DNA of 64,000 bases from a virus: IMG/VR virus record IMGVR_UViG_3300005077_000004, positions 1 through 64,000 of that record, one strand, 5' to 3'. Below are positions 54,346 to 63,761 of this stretch, one piece after another (the first letter of the stretch is position 1; every line of letters begins with the position of its first letter). The notes under the pieces were generated by a model. It did not search any database. It was not told the DNA's origin and saw nothing but the letters and a program-made list of their open reading frames with translations. The translations under genes and the position numbers were made by a program.

Positions 54346-54927
54346 CTACTGTCCTTTGAAAAATTCATCCTTCGAACTGTGTCCGGTCAGATTGTAACCC
54401 AACTTATTCAATCTTTTCAAAACCCTATTATGTATTTCTTTGTTCAAAGATTTTACTTTATACCAATGCCACTCGCAGTATATTTTTTTCACGTATCCTG
54501 GCAGGAGATGTGCATCGAGAAGTGCTTCGAAGAGGTCGTATTCTTTTCCCTCAACATCCACTTTCAACGTGATTTCGTCACCTGAAATAAACGTGTTACG
54601 AAAGAAATGTCGAATATCCATACAAGTAACTTCTATTTCTGTTTGGCGGGTCATCTTCTTATCTTTGCAGAGAGAAGATCCCATGGTATTTTTGGGATCG
54701 AAATAAAATGTGGTTTTGATTTGTCGAGTATCGTCTTTCAGTTTATCAAGAGCAAGAGGAATGATTGTGTAGGTTTCTTTACGATCCTTCAGTAGAGCTT
54801 TTATCTTATCAGTCATTTCTGGAATAGGCTCAACCCCAATATACCAATCAAACGGTGGAAGCTCTTCCATAGCTTTAAGAAGAGTCTGCCCACGATGCGC
54901 TCCGATGTCCAAGAAAATCTTACGCAT
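54346..54927 (-). CDS. FkbM-family methyltransferase
   Basis: IFLDIGAHRGQT and LKVDVEGKEYDLF. Confidence 0.65.
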   Translation of the reverse strand: MRKIFLDIGAHRGQTLLKAMEELPPFDWYIGVEPIPEMTDKIKALLKDRKETYTIIPLALDKLKDDTRQIKTTFYFDPKNTMGSSLCKDKKMTRQTEIEVTCMDIRHFFRNTFISGDEITLKVDVEGKEYDLFEALLDAHLLPGYVKKIYCEWHWYKVKSLNKEIHNRVLKRLNKLGYNLTGHSSKDEFFKGQ

Positions 54928-54936
54928 ATTCTCTCC

Positions 54937-55593
54937 CTACAATTCTAATGTGTAATTGAATGCTTTCAAATCTCTACCCCAATGAGTCTCTACCAAACGC
55001 TTCGCTCCCGGATTCTGTCTGTAATGCTCCCGCCAATCTACGCCGCGAGATGCTTGTGATGTATTCTGTTTCAATAGAGTGATTGGTTTCACACCAATAC
55101 ACTCGCAAACAGTATCGAAATCAGATTGAAGATTTTCAAACCTACCAACAAAGTCTACCATCACCTTTCCCTTCGCATTACAAATGAAGGAATGCTGGGA
55201 TCGGATAGGAGAACATTCATCGTACCTTCGTCCTACATCGGTTCGATAATATGAAACAACCTCTTCGAAATTATCCATCGTCATAATTCCATTTGCTGGC
55301 ATTTGACTTCTTTTAACCTTGACCCAAAAGAAAAATGAGGATACCACCCACGAAAACGGATTCCGAACGAACGTGAACTTAAAACATTTATTCCACAGAT
55401 CTGATCCGATAACTCTCTTAATGTGTCGTGCTGGCATATGCTTATCATATAAACGCCAATCACCCTTATTCAACTTCGCGGGTTCAAAGTGCGTCATATC
55501 GGGAATAGTTAATAGTGCTGCTCGAATTGAACCTGTTGCGTTCCTTCCACCAGAAACGTAAACGTATTTGTGACTCTTAGAGACCATTGACAT
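54937..55593 (-). CDS. sulfotransferase (Sulfotransfer_2-like)
   Basis: YVYVSGGRNATGSIR (degenerate 5'-PSB) and FTFVRNPFSWVVS (3'-PB). Start at the internal MSMVSK. Confidence 0.55.
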   Translation of the reverse strand: MSMVSKSHKYVYVSGGRNATGSIRAALLTIPDMTHFEPAKLNKGDWRLYDKHMPARHIKRVIGSDLWNKCFKFTFVRNPFSWVVSSFFFWVKVKRSQMPANGIMTMDNFEEVVSYYRTDVGRRYDECSPIRSQHSFICNAKGKVMVDFVGRFENLQSDFDTVCECIGVKPITLLKQNTSQASRGVDWREHYRQNPGAKRLVETHWGRDLKAFNYTLEL

Positions 55594-56539
55594 TTGTTTT
55601 CTCCACCTGTATTCCAACCTCTGATAAATCAATCTTGGTTACAAGATCCCGTCCTTCTTGATATTTGGCAGCGGTTCCATACTTTCCGTTGTTATGATAA
55701 ACTCTTAACCAATCTCTAGGGTTTCGAGCTATACCTTTATATTTTGGGAAGACTGCAATGCTTTCGTTTTCTAAGATGTATTGGTTGATCTTCTCCGGAT
55801 TTTCTTTCAAGATGCCAACATTAGCATATCTCTCTGCTTTCATTTTTGTGTATGGATCAGAACGATACATTTCCGTTCTCTGGCAAAGCTCTGAGATTAT
55901 GTCGGAGTGCCATCGAATATGTCTGATGGGAATTATTTTCTGAAGAGGTTCAAACTCAACCATATCCCTAATCTTAATATTGTGATAGGATCCTCGTTCA
56001 CGCTTGACGATAAACTTTGAAAGCGGAACCTTTTCTATTTTCACACCCAACAAATCTTGCGAAAGAAGAGTTGGAATCGAAAACTTCTCTATCAGGTTAT
56101 CGCCATCTTCAACCACATCAAAAACACCAGCAGACGAAACCATATCCACTAAGAAAGAAACAACATAATCAACCTTCTTTTCGATTAACGAATCGATGAA
56201 ATCTCTCATAGAAAGATTTTTTGGAGGAACAAAAAATTCGTCCGAATCAACAGTCAGAACCCAATCCTCACTCGTCAATTGATTCCCGATATGATTGTTG
56301 ATTAATCGAATATATGCGTTTCTTTCGTTCGAATGATAAGTTCCTATCCAAGGGTAAAAGAAGAAGTTGACCTGGGATTGCGTTAAGAAATCACAAAAAG
56401 TTTGAATATCCGAATCGGATCCATTGAGAATGAGGTAGAAAAAATCAACACCCAATGCTTTATAATATTCAATAAACTTCTGAGCAAAAAGCTTTACGCG
56501 ATTTTGAACGTTAACTACAGATATCAAACTCAGATTCAT
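55577..56539 (-). CDS. GT-A glycosyltransferase (GT2/GT92-like)
   Basis: ISVVNVQN...YYKALGVD and WVLTVDSDEFF (DxD). Confidence 0.55.
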   Translation of the reverse strand: MNLSLISVVNVQNRVKLFAQKFIEYYKALGVDFFYLILNGSDSDIQTFCDFLTQSQVNFFFYPWIGTYHSNERNAYIRLINNHIGNQLTSEDWVLTVDSDEFFVPPKNLSMRDFIDSLIEKKVDYVVSFLVDMVSSAGVFDVVEDGDNLIEKFSIPTLLSQDLLGVKIEKVPLSKFIVKRERGSYHNIKIRDMVEFEPLQKIIPIRHIRWHSDIISELCQRTEMYRSDPYTKMKAERYANVGILKENPEKINQYILENESIAVFPKYKGIARNPRDWLRVYHNNGKYGTAAKYQEGRDLVTKIDLSEVGIQVEKTNVNGL

Positions 56540-56547
56540 ATCATCCC

Positions 56548-57159
56548 CTAGAATAAATTATCTGTATTTCTCTTATATCGTTCAGAGAATACTATTTCGT
56601 TCTGAGGAATCCCAACAAAATTGTCAAACATCTTGAGAGCAATAAATTCCAATAGCTTTGAATTTCGACGATTAACAATCTGTTTCAGACAGAGATGATA
56701 GCTGTTCATCGAACAAAACGCTTCCGGGAAATTCTCTTTGTAGTGGTAAGGGCAATGTCCAATCCAATAACCGTCTAGAGGAATTGAATGCACCATCACT
56801 CCTGTAGATTTCAACATCTTGTCGATATTACGAAATGCCTCTTTTTGATTTTCCACATGCTCGGTTGTTCCGTAATTCGTCACCATGTCAAACTGCGAGA
56901 CAAATTTCTTTGGGAGGGATTTGCAAAGGTCCAGCTTGACTGCACCGTCTAGAGCATTCAAATCAAAACTCACATGTTTCGCCCCCTTTGATTTGAACCA
57001 TTCTTTGGCAACGCATTTCTTGTATTCCTTTCCGTTCGGTCCAACAGCAAGAATCTTTTGGTTTCCAAGTTCTGCAACAGATAATCCGGATAAGGAATCT
57101 CGTTCCAGAAAAGAAACCGCTTTATCAATCAATTTAAGATTGTTTTGGTTAATGGACAT
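56548..57159 (-). CDS. class I SAM-dependent methyltransferase
   Basis: VAELGNQ (motif I variant) and FDMVTNYGTTEHV. Start MSINQNN preceded by GGAG. Confidence 0.5.
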   Translation of the reverse strand: MSINQNNLKLIDKAVSFLERDSLSGLSVAELGNQKILAVGPNGKEYKKCVAKEWFKSKGAKHVSFDLNALDGAVKLDLCKSLPKKFVSQFDMVTNYGTTEHVENQKEAFRNIDKMLKSTGVMVHSIPLDGYWIGHCPYHYKENFPEAFCSMNSYHLCLKQIVNRRNSKLLEFIALKMFDNFVGIPQNEIVFSERYKRNTDNLF

Positions 57160-57733
57160 TGTAATTGAGTCTCCTAAAATCTTCTTCATACAGTTTAGCA
57201 ACAATCTTTTTCATTTCCGGATCATACGATTTCGTCCACGGTTTGTGGTGAGTCTTTTTCCTCGATGGTAGATTTATCATTGGGAACGAATGTTTTCTGA
57301 GAAATTTTTTCCAATCATGATCAAGCGATTCAAATCGGATTAAATCAGTATACAATCTTTTCTCTCCGTTGAATAGCCAGCGGCAAGCCGGATGGAAAAA
57401 CTGATTGCGTTCGTATATCCGATGTATATCCATACAAAAATCTCGAAATGATGGATAATCAAAAATGTACTTTAAACTCGAATTCTTTTTGTCTTGTTTA
57501 CATTGAATGATATAGTTGTATGCGCTAAAGAGTCTACCGAAAGGGTTACGAACAGATGCTACAATAATAGGATTCTCTGGAAGCTTTCTATAATATTCAT
57601 TTATTATGGCAGTCGTTTTTGCATGACCATGCCGATTCATTTTAATTCTCTTCTTATCTCGTAAGGTTAACAAACCAGTTTCGATTGATGTGGAAGCTGT
57701 CTTTGGAATCCGAATCTGTATCACTCGTTGCAT
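57149..57733 (-). CDS. sulfotransferase (Sulfotransfer_2-like)
   Basis: IRIPKTASTSIE (5'-PSB) and VASVRNPFGRLFSAY (3'-PB). Confidence 0.65.
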   Translation of the reverse strand: MQRVIQIRIPKTASTSIETGLLTLRDKKRIKMNRHGHAKTTAIINEYYRKLPENPIIVASVRNPFGRLFSAYNYIIQCKQDKKNSSLKYIFDYPSFRDFCMDIHRIYERNQFFHPACRWLFNGEKRLYTDLIRFESLDHDWKKFLRKHSFPMINLPSRKKTHHKPWTKSYDPEMKKIVAKLYEEDFRRLNYNVH

Positions 57734-57842
57734 AACTAAGTCCTCGAACGACAAACAATAACAGAACGAATTCTGTTGAGACGAAGAGTTGCTTCGATTT
57801 CATAATCCTTAGAGATTGACGTTATGAGTTGTTTATATTCAT

Positions 57843-58343
57843 CTACGCTTGCCCAAAAATATCTCCCTTCCTCTGATTCAACCCCTTCTCTCCATGACTT
57901 GCATACCAACCCAAAAATAATCTACCTTCTGGTTTTAAACTTTCCATCCACACATAAACAGCTAGTTGTGGGTTATATGAATGATCGAGAGAGTTTGAAT
58001 AAACAAAATCAAAAGAAAATTCCCATTCGGGTTTGAGAATATGAAAATCATGTTTTTCGATTTTTTCAGTAGCAGCGGGGTCTGGATATAAATCGGTTCC
58101 GATAATTCGAACATCGGGAAGATGTTTTTTAAACTCGGTCATCTCCCATCCCGTCCTAACACCGTGACATATTCCAGATGAACACCCTATGATTTTTTTC
58201 TTGATAAACTTGGAGATCGTCTTAATCTCGTTTGCTTTTTCGATTGTTGGTCGTATAAATTTCGTTTGAGTAAGTTTCCCACGAGTGGTTTTGATTTGCG
58301 TGTTCTTATAGCTTTCGTAGGATTGAAACCTAAGCTGTCTCAT
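57843..58343 (-). CDS. putative SAM-dependent methyltransferase
   Basis: ICHGVRTGWE, IIGTDLYP and FDFVYSNSLDHSYNP layout. Confidence 0.45.
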   Translation of the reverse strand: MRQLRFQSYESYKNTQIKTTRGKLTQTKFIRPTIEKANEIKTISKFIKKKIIGCSSGICHGVRTGWEMTEFKKHLPDVRIIGTDLYPDPAATEKIEKHDFHILKPEWEFSFDFVYSNSLDHSYNPQLAVYVWMESLKPEGRLFLGWYASHGEKGLNQRKGDIFGQA

Positions 58344-59153
58344 TTATTGATCTTTCTGTAAAATCGTTCGGGTAACTTTCGTAATATAGCGACCGATAGA
58401 CTCCGGAGAAAAGTAATCTCTCCAGCAAACTTTCATCTTTTCGTGAATCTCAAGAAGCTTTTCATCGGTGATCGAATCGAGGATCCCGCCTAATTCATCC
58501 CAATTATTTACATAGAACGCTGGACAATTTTTAAAAGCTCTTGCTTTCATCGGATGTGGGCAAGCAACGATTGCACTCGCACACTTTACCGCTTCTGAAA
58601 ATCTAAGACACTCACACCGCACCATCCCCTTTGGACTCAAAACAATCTTAGCTTCTTGCATATACTGAGAATACTTTTTGATGTTCATTCCACCCTTAGT
58701 ACCCATGAACCTCTGTCCAGAATCAAAAATAAAACAGTTCTTTGAAGGGTTTCTATCTCTCCATCTCAACGCATTGTCCCACATGTCTTTTCTTTTTGGA
58801 GTTCGACCGATGAATACAACATCGTATTTTCTTTCGAGTATCGGAATCGAATCATCTCCGGTAAACCCACCAACATAAGGAAGAGGAATATGGTAGACGT
58901 TTCCAATGGAGTTATCATTCAAATGATGTTTAAAAACCAACCCCACTTTGTCTTTGTAGACTGGAGGAACCCCTCTCTCGTCGCCTGCGGTCAAAATCGC
59001 GATAACGTTTTTCCCATACTTCGGAAGCTCTTTGTAATTGAACGAAGCAATGACGGTCTTGTCTTTGAAAACCTCTTCATCAAAATATTTGTACATAATG
59101 TTGAAGTATTCGTGTTCAATATAATGATCCGGAAGCAAATTTATCAGTTCCAT
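58344..59153 (-). CDS. GT-B-type glycosyltransferase (exostosin/GT1 C-terminal-like)
   Basis: YDVVFIGR...IVLSPKGMVRCECLRFSEAVKCASAIV resembles the donor-binding half of GT-B enzymes. Confidence 0.5.
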   Translation of the reverse strand: MELINLLPDHYIEHEYFNIMYKYFDEEVFKDKTVIASFNYKELPKYGKNVIAILTAGDERGVPPVYKDKVGLVFKHHLNDNSIGNVYHIPLPYVGGFTGDDSIPILERKYDVVFIGRTPKRKDMWDNALRWRDRNPSKNCFIFDSGQRFMGTKGGMNIKKYSQYMQEAKIVLSPKGMVRCECLRFSEAVKCASAIVACPHPMKARAFKNCPAFYVNNWDELGGILDSITDEKLLEIHEKMKVCWRDYFSPESIGRYITKVTRTILQKDQ

Positions 59154-59162
59154 TTTCTCTCC

Positions 59163-59903
59163 CTACTTATGCTTAATATAGGTTCCAGGTTCCCACTTCT
59201 TGGTTCGGAATGGATTATTGAGAGGGTATCCAGAAAAGACTTTGCAACCCATCTCTTCCACACAAAGGTTGAATACGGGCATGTTGGCATTAAATTTCTC
59301 TGGTATCCGGCTGAACTTATCTATCATGCGCTCAAACAACTCAAGCATCTTTTCTCTCGACCCACCAACAATTCCGGCATTGTATATCGTTTCTCCAGGT
59401 GTATACTTGTTTTTAATGAGGGGTAGCTTCATCTCACGACACTTTCGCACCATCCACTTCGAACTATATTTGCTCATTTTTTCATCACCGATAAACAAAT
59501 CGTATTCCGGTTTTTGCTCTATCAATTGAAATGGATTTCCAAGAAGAATCACATCAAAGAGATCTGTACAAAAAACATGTGAAACCTCTGGATGTTTCAA
59601 AAGATATTTTCTGTAAGCGTAAAATCGTTCATCATTATAAGATGGTCGGTGAGATTTTCCCCATTCACAGAAAGAAATACATGTGTTTGAATGGTCTGTA
59701 ATAAATTTTTGAGAACACTCATTATGAAATATAACAGATCCAAACTCCGGTTCGAGTCTGGAATACTTTAGATTCGTTTCTACCCACCCACTAATCAAAG
59801 GATAGTTGTCGGGTTTGGCTCCACCTTTACCATTGTTTGAACTATCGTGTTGATGGAATCCGATATTCTTGGTGAAGTAGGGTGCGAAGATTAGTTTAGC
59901 CAA
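59163..59903 (-). CDS. possible nucleotide-diphospho-sugar transferase
   Basis: VFCTDLFDVILL and IYNAGIVGGSREKMLELF patterns. Weak call. Confidence 0.35.
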   Translation of the reverse strand: MAKLIFAPYFTKNIGFHQHDSSNNGKGGAKPDNYPLISGWVETNLKYSRLEPEFGSVIFHNECSQKFITDHSNTCISFCEWGKSHRPSYNDERFYAYRKYLLKHPEVSHVFCTDLFDVILLGNPFQLIEQKPEYDLFIGDEKMSKYSSKWMVRKCREMKLPLIKNKYTPGETIYNAGIVGGSREKMLELFERMIDKFSRIPEKFNANMPVFNLCVEEMGCKVFSGYPLNNPFRTKKWEPGTYIKHK

Positions 59904-60565
59904 TTAATTTTTCCTTGCATAATAGCTTTTCGAACTACAACATCGTTATGTTTTCGATTGTTAAAGTTTCTCTGAGGATGATTAATATGCATGAGAGGAA
60001 ACATATTCGAAACAACAAACGGAATCTTTCCATAAATCTTTGCTCTTCTAGCCCAATCGTCATCTTCTCTACTCCAGTTCACACAATTTTCATTAAACCC
60101 TCCAGTGTCATACCAATATTTTGACTGCAAAGAATTCCAACAACCATTGGACGCTTCTTTTGGAAACTTCATCATGAAATCCCAATCCATCAAATTATAT
60201 TCTTCTGGAAGTTTTGGAAAACCAGCAACCTTTTCAATGGTAATTCGTCGATGATTAACGTGAAAACAATGTCGTTCACTCATAGAAATTTCATAAGATT
60301 CGTCTATAATTTTTGGAGGGACAATCAAATCGATATCTGTTTGAATTAAAACCTCATAACCCATATTAACAAGTTTTTTGATACCCTTATTCAGAATTTT
60401 TGATTTGTTGAAATGGTTAATTTTTTGTGTTTTATCTTTTGATCTCAAAATATGGATATCAAAACTCACAGATGGTTTTGATTGCTCGATACATCGAATA
60501 AATCTATCCACAATATTCTGAGGAATAAATTGAGCAACAACCATAATTCCTACATTTTTAGACAT
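59891..60565 (-). CDS. GT-A glycosyltransferase, tandem paralog A (beta4GalT/GT7C-like C-terminal motif)
   Basis: VLIQTDIDLIVPP, CWNSL...WYDTGGFNENCVNWSREDDDWARRAK, MHINHPQR. Confidence 0.55.
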   Translation of the reverse strand: MSKNVGIMVVAQFIPQNIVDRFIRCIEQSKPSVSFDIHILRSKDKTQKINHFNKSKILNKGIKKLVNMGYEVLIQTDIDLIVPPKIIDESYEISMSERHCFHVNHRRITIEKVAGFPKLPEEYNLMDWDFMMKFPKEASNGCWNSLQSKYWYDTGGFNENCVNWSREDDDWARRAKIYGKIPFVVSNMFPLMHINHPQRNFNNRKHNDVVVRKAIMQGKINWLN

Positions 60566-60736
60566 AATAATCTCTCTTTCGAAGATTATCTTCTTTCTAT
60601 AAGGGTTGAAGATTTTTCAGAGACCAACACTTCCTAAACTCTGGATCATCTTCGGTAGTAAACAAAAATAAAGATGAAGATCTTGGAAATAGCGAATATG
60701 GTTTTTCTGTTTTACATTCGCAGCACAGTTTTGTTT

Positions 60737-61441
60737 CTACTGATTGCATGGCGGTTCCTCCAGGTTTGATGTTTCCGGAAGAGGTTCTTTGAGAACGATA
60801 ACTTTTTTCAACCAATCAGTTTTATCGGAATAGAGTCGGCTCACTTCGAAATTTTCTTTTGATCGTTTCTTTTGTCGTCTAGGATGATTGACATGAACAA
60901 GAGCAAACGACCTATCATTTATCCAACGGATACCCTTCCGTCTTGCTCGATTGTAGAATTCGGTGTCTTCGGATCCCCACGCATACATCTCTTCGTTAAA
61001 TCCTCCGGTTTTCTCCCACGTTTGAGAACACATCCCATTCCAACAACCAGAACAGAATGTTGAAGAATAATTTAGCCATTGATGCCATGCGAAATCTTTA
61101 TACTTCTTCCCCTTGACTTCAGAAGCTTCAACATATCTCAAAAAATGATGAAAACAATTATTAGGTTGCTTCATCACCGCTTCAAACGTTCTATCTAGAA
61201 GTCCACGAGGAACTAACAAATCTATATCTGTTTGAATGATGACCTTGTACCGAGGAATCGCGGAACGAAGACATTGATTGATAATTCTCGTCTTATAGAA
61301 TTTCTCGTCTGCCCCACCGCTAACAATCACATCGTAGGAATACTTAGATCCTGAAATTTTGATAGTTGATCGGAATCTCGAAATAATTTTCGGAGAAATC
61401 CCTTGTGCTGCTGCGATGATGCATATATCTTTTTTCTTCAT
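60737..61441 (-). CDS. GT-A glycosyltransferase, tandem paralog B
   Basis: VIIQTDIDLLVPR, GCWNGM...WEKTGGFNEEMYAWGSEDTEFYNRARRKG, VHVNHPRR. Confidence 0.55.
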   Translation of the reverse strand: MKKKDICIIAAAQGISPKIISRFRSTIKISGSKYSYDVIVSGGADEKFYKTRIINQCLRSAIPRYKVIIQTDIDLLVPRGLLDRTFEAVMKQPNNCFHHFLRYVEASEVKGKKYKDFAWHQWLNYSSTFCSGCWNGMCSQTWEKTGGFNEEMYAWGSEDTEFYNRARRKGIRWINDRSFALVHVNHPRRQKKRSKENFEVSRLYSDKTDWLKKVIVLKEPLPETSNLEEPPCNQ

Positions 61442-61442
61442 A

Positions 61443-62186
61443 TTAAGTTCCGTATCTATAGATGTTGGATTTTGTTGGTCCTATTTCTTTATTCCTCTTC
61501 CGCAACCAGTTCGTGTCTGCCGGAAACTTTCTTGCCTCTGATAAATTCTTTTTCCCTTGTTTTGTTATCGCTCGTCTCGGATGATTTATATGAAGAAGCG
61601 GGTATTGATTGCTAATATACCAATGCATCCCATTCTTCTTAGACCTCAAATAAAACTCAGAATCGGGACCACCTAATCGTGTAATTGCTTCGCAGAAACC
61701 GCCAAACTCGTTCCACAAAAAGTTTCTCAACCCATTCCAACTCCCGGATGCATAATTCACGGTTCTGGAAGAAAATGATTTCCATGGGAGATTCTTGTAT
61801 TTCTTCCCATCTACTTCTTTTGGTTCCGCATACCGAAACGTACTATGGAAGCAACCTGGGACTCTTGAACAATGAGAATACGTTGCTCTTATCAAATTTG
61901 GAGGTATAAACATATCGATATCTGTTTGGACTATAACCTCGTACTTCTTAATGTTTTCTCGAATGATATCGTTCAAAATCGTAGTTTTGGAAAACGTCTT
62001 CTCTGGATTTCGATGCCTTCCAAGAATAACATCTACAGGAAATCCACTTCTAGAGCTATCGATACCCCATAAAAATCTTTTGACAATCAATGGATCCACA
62101 TTATCAGCAACAGCGATAATCGCTATTTTACCGATAGAGGTTCCATTTTCCGTATTCCCGGATAACTTGGGTTTGATATTCCCCAT
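61443..62186 (-). CDS. GT-A glycosyltransferase, tandem paralog C
   Basis: VIVQTDIDMFIPP, GSWNGL...WNEFGGFCEAITRLGGPDSEFYLRSKKNG, LHINHPRR. Confidence 0.55.
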   Translation of the reverse strand: MGNIKPKLSGNTENGTSIGKIAIIAVADNVDPLIVKRFLWGIDSSRSGFPVDVILGRHRNPEKTFSKTTILNDIIRENIKKYEVIVQTDIDMFIPPNLIRATYSHCSRVPGCFHSTFRYAEPKEVDGKKYKNLPWKSFSSRTVNYASGSWNGLRNFLWNEFGGFCEAITRLGGPDSEFYLRSKKNGMHWYISNQYPLLHINHPRRAITKQGKKNLSEARKFPADTNWLRKRNKEIGPTKSNIYRYGT

Positions 62187-62832
62187 GCTTTTTATCCCTA
62201 CTCTTTCGGTAAATCGATGTTGTTGTTAGTGCTGTTGGGCTGTCGTTCAACCAGAACGCTTTTCGAGGAATCAAGACAAACGGAATCCTCTGCTTCTGCC
62301 CCTCCAAAGCAAACCAAATGTCTGCCATATTCTTTTCTTTGAACGTCTCTCTTGAGAGTTTGATCGTGCTTGTGTGGAATGCCGCTGTTCCTGTTCCGAT
62401 TACATGTACGCTTCTAGGAGCATCTAATCTTGATCTGTAGTTGGTCAGATTTCTTGCTCGATAGTAGTTCCACATATTCTTCAGATTGAGAACACATCCA
62501 TGAACCCCAACCACGACCTTTTGTTTATACTGATCTATCAGACCAACCATTCTTTGAGTGTAGTCTGGAGGGTAGATAATATCATCATCTACAGTGAAGT
62601 AATAACCGTCTACCTTGTCTACAAAATGAAACTTTCCGATATCTCCACAATGACCGTGATCTTTACCCATAATCACCTTAATTTTCGGATGCTCAAGAAT
62701 CTTTGGAACATCTTCATACTCGTTCAAATATACGAATAGCTTCGTGCATTGCGGGACGATATTAGGAATGACCTCAAGAAGACACTTCTTCCTGGGTGGA
62801 TACGTTGCCATTCCGTAGTATATTTTTGCCAT
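62128..62832 (-). CDS. GT-A glycosyltransferase
   Basis: IYYGMATYPPR... and FTVDDDIIYPPDY (DxD). Confidence 0.5.
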   Translation of the reverse strand: MAKIYYGMATYPPRKKCLLEVIPNIVPQCTKLFVYLNEYEDVPKILEHPKIKVIMGKDHGHCGDIGKFHFVDKVDGYYFTVDDDIIYPPDYTQRMVGLIDQYKQKVVVGVHGCVLNLKNMWNYYRARNLTNYRSRLDAPRSVHVIGTGTAAFHTSTIKLSRETFKEKNMADIWFALEGQKQRIPFVLIPRKAFWLNDSPTALTTTSIYRKSRDKKHGEYQTQVIREYGKWNLYR

Positions 62833-63761
62833 TATCTTTTCAATCCATATCTAGAATCTGTAAGCGGCTTAGTTAACAAAGGATTTCTTTCTCGTTCTCC
62901 GGGATTCATCTTAGAGTCATGCTCGTCGTGAATCACCAATGATTGAGTTGTTAAATAGAGATTGTATCCCGCAGCATGTAATCGTGTGCTAATATCTCTA
63001 CCCACACCACTCGAAGAGAACGGGTTCACAAATCTAGCCTCATGTTGCTTGGAAATCCTGAATCGAAGAGCAGCGAAGAAGTTGATGTTCACAAAAAAAT
63101 CCATATCTACCCATTGGGAAAGATAAAGACTATTTCCACTATACGAGACGAGTTTAGGTTTAACTCCAGTCCAAACTATCTTCCCCTCTCGGCTGTCAAG
63201 ACGAAAGTTCAAACAGATCTTTTTTGGATCTCTGATCGATTCCCACAAATTTACACAACGAGAAAAGAAACCGTCAACCAATCGTCCGTCATCATCTAAT
63301 TTGATATAGTAGTCATAGTTCATATTATTTTTGATTTCGGATATTGCGTAGTTACAAAGTCGCCAGTATCCCTTCTTTCCGTGATTTTTTTCCATCTTGT
63401 GATATTCGATATTCAATTTTCCCGAAAACGATTCTATCATTTTATCATAACTCTTTGGGCTTGCATCATCAATAATCATCAGCTTTAGCGTGAAGCTCTC
63501 TTTATTTTTATAGATATCATTGAGAAGATTTTTGAGATCGGATGGACGATCATACGTATTGATCCAAACCAGAATACTTCTCTTTGGATCAGACTTTGAA
63601 AACACCTTCTCCGGGAGAAGGAGGATTGGTGGTTGCGACGGAGGAGGTTTCGGTCTACCCAACCTTACACGCTCCACTTCTAACGCTCTAGCATATCGAG
63701 AATTGATATGAACATTAACGTCTTTATCTTTGTTTAAACTTCTAATTCTTCTTCGACGCAT
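62832..63761 (-). CDS. GT2-family glycosyltransferase
   Basis: ILVWINTYDRPSDLKNLL, LMIIDDASP, IKLDDDG. Start placed at MRRRRIR. Confidence 0.6.
   Translation of the reverse strand: MRRRRIRSLNKDKDVNVHINSRYARALEVERVRLGRPKPPPSQPPILLLPEKVFSKSDPKRSILVWINTYDRPSDLKNLLNDIYKNKESFTLKLMIIDDASPKSYDKMIESFSGKLNIEYHKMEKNHGKKGYWRLCNYAISEIKNNMNYDYYIKLDDDGRLVDGFFSRCVNLWESIRDPKKICLNFRLDSREGKIVWTGVKPKLVSYSGNSLYLSQWVDMDFFVNINFFAALRFRISKQHEARFVNPFSSSGVGRDISTRLHAAGYNLYLTTQSLVIHDEHDSKMNPGERERNPLLTKPLTDSRYGLKR

Noticed and set aside
58890-59426. 178-aa plus-strand ORF
   Set aside because: It is antisense to two glycosyltransferase-like minus-strand genes.
60597-60815. 72-aa (or 50-aa from the internal ATG at 60749) minus-strand ORF in the gap between GT paralogs A and B
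   Set aside because: It has no recognisable motif beyond a CCEC cluster, it overlaps the 3' end of paralog B, and it could be a remnant. It is not supportable as a gene from sequence alone.
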